Below, one piece after another: positions 58,603 through 64,000 of a stretch of DNA of 64,000 nucleotides. A model generated the notes under the pieces. That model worked only from the letters and a program-made list of their open reading frames with translations, had not been told where the DNA came from and did not search any database. Positions within the stretch are counted from its first letter, which is position 1. Each line of letters begins with the position of its first letter. Position numbers and translations under genes: made by a program. Source of the stretch: Eledone cirrhosa (Eukaryota); contig OZ024756.1 of the NCBI GenBank assembly GCA_964016885.1, forward strand, positions 36,890,001 through 36,954,000, read 5' to 3'.

Positions 58603-58610
<8 letters not shown>
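58181..58610 (-). mobile_element. Palindromic Penelope-like pLTR remnant (~170-bp arms 58269-58437 / 58441-58610, tail 58181-58268); hammerheads at 58504-58570 (+) and 58309-58375 (-)
   Basis: TTTTAT-CTGATGA-(stem II)-GAAAT-GCGC-ATA-ATAAAA; (TA)n on both sides. Confidence 0.82.
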
Positions 58611-58633
<23 letters not shown>

Positions 58634-59210
58634 CATACATACATACATACATACACTGGACCATACGAATCACCTCATGCATCACAGGTCCACTTTTTTC
58701 CGTCGCCAGGTGTATTTTACTTTCTTCTAAACTATCGATTATAGTGATCAATTATTATAATATTAGTCTGCATTGGGGCAACTATAATAATATAATTTTC
58801 TCAATAATGTTTCATAATTTTAAACCGATTATTATTTAGCCATTTGTCAACCAATTCTTTAATAATTGTCAAACAATTTTCTTTTTCTTCAGATATGTTA
58901 TTGCTTGCGTAATATTTATATCTACGTTATTTATATATCGTATATATGTTTATATATGTTTATATTGCGATTAATAACAATCCAATGGTTGTATATTAAT
59001 ATATTATTGTATATGTGGTTGCAAATTAGCAGAGTTATTAGAATGTCGGATAGAAAGCTTTATGGTATTCGTTCTGGCTCTTTGTTCTCTGATCCCGGAG
59101 TTCAAATCCCGCCCGCCGAGGTCAACTTAGCCTTTCATCCTTTCGAGGACGATAAAAAAAGTACCAGTCTAGTACTGGGGTTCGATTCTTTCTCATTTCC
59201 TCTCTCTCTC

Positions 59211-59275
<65 letters not shown>

Positions 59276-59282
59276 GTGTATG

Positions 59283-59334
<52 letters not shown>

Positions 59335-59344
59335 TATATATATA

Positions 59345-59421
<77 letters not shown>

Positions 59422-59482
59422 ATGTATATATATATATATATAAGTATATATATGTATATATATATATATATGTATATATATA

Positions 59483-59548
<66 letters not shown>

Positions 59549-59601
59549 TATATATATATACACACATATATATATATGCATATATACATATATATATACA
59601 C

Positions 59602-59632
<31 letters not shown>

Positions 59633-59847
59633 CATGAATACATATACGTGTGTGAATACACACGTATATGTAAACACATACGTGTGTGAATACACACGTA
59701 TATGTAAACACACATATATACATACGTAAGAAAATTAACTATATTTTTGAGGTGGGGTGTGGTGGGTGGAGGCTGAATGAAATGTTTTTATTCACTCAAC
59801 TCCATTTATTTCAGAACTTAATTAAAAACAACAAATAAATCAGTGGC

Positions 59848-59927
<80 letters not shown>

Positions 59928-60030
59928 CAACAGTAGCAGCAGAAGCAGCAAGAACAAGAACAAGAACAAGAATAAGAATAAGAATAATAAGAACAACAAA
60001 AACAACAGCAATGTAATCAAAAGTAAGAAT

Positions 60031-60079
<49 letters not shown>

Positions 60080-60086
60080 AAACAAC

Positions 60087-60150
<64 letters not shown>

Positions 60151-60717
60151 GTAATAATAATAATAATAATCAGGTAGTGGCTTGATATTCATTTCAACAA
60201 ACTTTCCAGTTAACTAACATCAATGACTGAGACTCAAAGAGTAATAATAATAATAATAATAATAATAATAGTAACAATGGTAATAATAATAATAACAATA
60301 ATAACAACAGCAATGATAATAACTGCAATATCAACAATAATAACAACAATAATAAAAACAATAATAACTCCAATAACAACAATAACAACAATAACAACAA
60401 TAACAACTGCAATAACAACAACAATAACAACAATAACAACAATAACAATAATAACAACTGCAATAACAACAACAATAACAACAATAATAACTGCAATAAC
60501 AACAACATTAACAACAATAACTCAAATAACAACAACAACAATAACAACAACAATAACAACAACAATAACAATAACAATAAAGTAATGAACTTGTAAATCA
60601 TTATATAATAAAAATACAGAATTACAATAGTTTCAGCACAACAACAACAATAATATTATAGGAAATAATTTTTGTAAAATTTCTTTACTGTGTCGTTTGT
60701 CTCAATCTATCAATCTA

Positions 60718-60791
<74 letters not shown>

Positions 60792-60978
60792 ACTCTCTCT
60801 CACCCCCTCTGTTTCTCTTTCCTTTTCTGCCTGTATGTCTCTGTCTTTACATTGTCATGTCTCTGCTTTTTCCTCGCTCTCTCTCCCTCTCCCTCAATCT
60901 CTCTCCTTCTCTCTCTCTCTCTTTATATATATATAGTCGAAACGGCTTGAGCTCTGCCGTCGGGGTTAAACATTTTCC

Positions 60979-61017
<39 letters not shown>

Positions 61018-61062
61018 CGAGAGAGACACTCACACATACACATAACAATATCTCTCCCCCCT

Positions 61063-61123
<61 letters not shown>

Positions 61124-62094
61124 ACCCCACCGATGAATATTCGTTTAACTATGCCAATGTCGTTTTATATTTGTTCTTCCAACCGAAATAATATTTTATT
61201 CTTCCAAAAGACTATTATTTGCTCAAGTAGTGCTGTAGTAGTAGTAGTTGTTATTGTTGTTATTACTGCTGTCCTTGTTTTTGTGTATTTTTGGTAGCTT
61301 TAATTTTCTTCTTTCTTTGTCTTCTTCCAAAATAAAACTTGTGCTTTATTCTTCTTCTTCATTTTTACAGTCGTTCGGTTTTTAGTTCTTATCGATTTAT
61401 TTTCCTACAAAAAACAAACAAAAAAACCCAACAAACAACAACAACAACAAAACAAGCGAAAAAAACATAAGAATATCTTTTTTGTCTCAGCTTTGACCAA
61501 GGAACAACAATAACAACAATACCACCACCACTATCATCGTCATCGTCGTCATAGTCGTTGTCTTCATCATTATCATCTCCACCACCATCATCATCATCAT
61601 CATCATCATCATCGTTATCAACAACATTAACATCATCATCATTGTTAAGAACAATAAGAAAAACAGCATGTTAGATTACATTATGTTAAAACATGTAAAG
61701 GCTTGTAGCAACCCCCGTTCTCTGTGTGTGTATATATATATATACATATATATATATAATTGTTTCTACTTTTGGCACAAGGCCAGCAATTATCCCAGTG
61801 TATTACTGGTACTTTATTTTATCGACCCCGTAAGGATGAAAGGCAAAGTTAACCTCGGCGGGATTTGAACCCAGACCATAAAGAGCCGTAACTCTTTGCT
61901 GCATAGCATTGCGTCTGACCCTTTATCGATACTGCCAGTGTGTGTGTATATATATATATATGTATATATATGTGTGTGTGTATTTATACATGTATATATG
62001 TATTTGTATCTATGTATTTATGTATGCATACATGTATGTATGTATGTATGCATACATGTATGTATGTATGTATGTATGTATGTATGTATGTATG

Positions 62095-62197
<103 letters not shown>

Positions 62198-62448
62198 CCA
62201 TCTATATATGCAGAAGTCGTGATGGTTAATTACATTCTCTTTAATTCTATCTTTGCAGATGTCAACAGATTGAATCGTTTGAAGTGAAAATGTCTGCCAG
62301 TTATTGTTATACAATTTGGAACACACAATATCGTCTGTTATACAAATCTGGGTTGTGTTGATTTGCTAGAAACCATAGCTGTTCTTTAAAACATGTCCTG
62401 TTGGCTGCTGCATAACTAAAGCCGACCAATGAAACACATATTCATCTC

Positions 62449-62550
<102 letters not shown>

Positions 62551-62738
62551 TATAAATATATAACATTTATATATACTTAACAGAGAAAACGAAATTATAT
62601 TTTATTGATTAATAAAGTATATATGTAACATATGAGGAAATTATTAGAAAGAAGCTGAAAATATACTAAAGCGAAAATTATAATTAAAAAAAAAGCTTGA
62701 ATAGTAATATTTAAAACAAATATTTGAAAGAAATCACG

Positions 62739-63345
62739 ATGTCATCAACCGTCATATTTGCCCGAAGCAGCAACAATAATAACAACAACGCTGAACAGAA
62801 GACAAGTCTATTACGAACCGGAAGTGACAGTAGTTACGGAGCAGACGACTATGATCAAGACTGCTACTCAGACGAAGACGTATTTGTCGATGAATGCAAC
62901 GAAGACAATGCCTCCCTTTCGAAACCGTTGATGCGTGCCCGTTCTCGGTCACGGGTCCGTCCCTGTTCTCGCTCCAAAGTGACCACACGCCGTCCACCTT
63001 GTCGCTGCAGATATCTAGTTCGTCCCATCTGCTGTTTCCTACTCCTGGTCAGTAATCTGAGTATGTTGATGGTACTCATTCTCTATATGGTGGGTTCATT
63101 TTCTGGTGATTCCGATAATCTGAAAAACAGCGGCAAAGGAAGTTGGCAGTCGACATCAGGTCAGTGGTCTTCTGGTAGTGATGACGGTTATCTGCCCTTT
63201 GATAAGAATGTCGTTGGTTGTTCCGATGTTGAAGTGGAAGATGTATGGGTGGTGGGGTTACCGAAACTCACCACGGAATCAGCCATACGATTGGTTGACG
63301 TCAACTCTGACGGCGAGTTGGATATCATTTTTGGATTTGGTACAG
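62739..63345 (+). CDS. First coding exon of a FAM234-like / FG-GAP beta-propeller type II membrane protein
   Basis: ATG at 62739. Acidic cytosolic N-terminus, then a hydrophobic TM segment (PICCFLLLVSNLSMLMVLILYMVG) after a basic/Cys stretch, then ESAIRLVDVNSDGELDIIFGFGTG with the FG-GAP DxNxDGxxD motif. Donor CAG|GTATGT at 63346. Confidence 0.8.
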
Positions 63346-63597
63346 GTATGTAGGATTCCTTATGACCTATTGTTGTTGTCCTCACTGTTGTGTAAAAATC
63401 ATGGAGGCAAATCAATTGTATAACAATTCAGATTTCATAGGCCACAAATATGGAGCATTGAAACACGTGTTAGACTTATTAATAATTATTCATTAATGAA
63501 ATATTGAACATATTTCATTTATTTTATTCAGTATTCTAGCGACTGCCAATTTGGCTTATATATATATGTATATATATATACATATATATATAAGTAT

Positions 63598-63817
63598 ATA
63601 TAATATAAGATCAAAAGATGGTTAAAAGAGTTCCTTTATTATGTGCATTTCAAAAACAAATATCATCATGCTATGACATTTGCGTTTTCGTCAGATAAAA
63701 TAAGGAGACATGATATGAAGGTTAAAAAACACTTGCGAGCAGTGAAGTGTTAAATCATCATATTTATCCGATATCTGCATTGCTTTATTGTACTACAATA
63801 AAACTCACCTCCTACAT
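63598..63817. mobile_element. Second copy of the 58.2-kb family (inverted pLTR segment plus tail); hammerhead at 63635-63699 (-)
   Basis: Minus strand: TTTAT-CTGACGA-AAACGCAAATGTCAT..ATGATATTTGTTTTT-GAAAT-GCAC-ATA-ATAAA. 63763-63817 is the reverse complement of ~58181-58234. Confidence 0.8.
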
Positions 63818-63821
63818 ATAA

Positions 63822-63924
<103 letters not shown>

Positions 63925-64000
63925 CAGTCGGTTGACAAGATCCCAGACCTCATTCGCTTAACGAGTGGAGTGGAGCTCGTCAAATCGGACCGAGGAAACA

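Noticed and set aside
62240-62330. Strong splice acceptor (TTTGCAG ending at 62258), possible 5' UTR exon of the FAM234-like gene
   Set aside because: No convincing donor can be assigned without RNA data.

Overview
Eukaryotic, AT-rich, microsatellite-saturated genomic DNA. The repeat content resembles a cephalopod (octopus-like) genome, which is an inference. Nearly all ORFs in the supplied track are translations of simple repeats. Real coding content: (1) the last eight coding exons of a USP25/USP28-family deubiquitinase (+, 54..12878), with a ~4.8 kb 16-bp minisatellite in one intron; (2) the first coding exon of a FAM234-like/FG-GAP type II membrane protein (+, 62739..63345). The ~50 kb between them holds SINEs, MITEs, LINE remnants (RTE-, R4- and CRE-like), satellites and one 200-N gap. 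The main hidden signal is a set of short inserts in (TA)n tracts, from several unrelated sequence families. Many are long palindromes, and many carry minimal type I hammerhead ribozymes (stem I-CUGANGA-stem II-GAAA-N-tetraloop-NUH-stem I). This matches the pseudo-LTRs of Penelope-like retroelements. About ten full or degenerate hammerheads are present, plus a seven-copy family that keeps only the 3' half of a hammerhead and folds back at its stem II.
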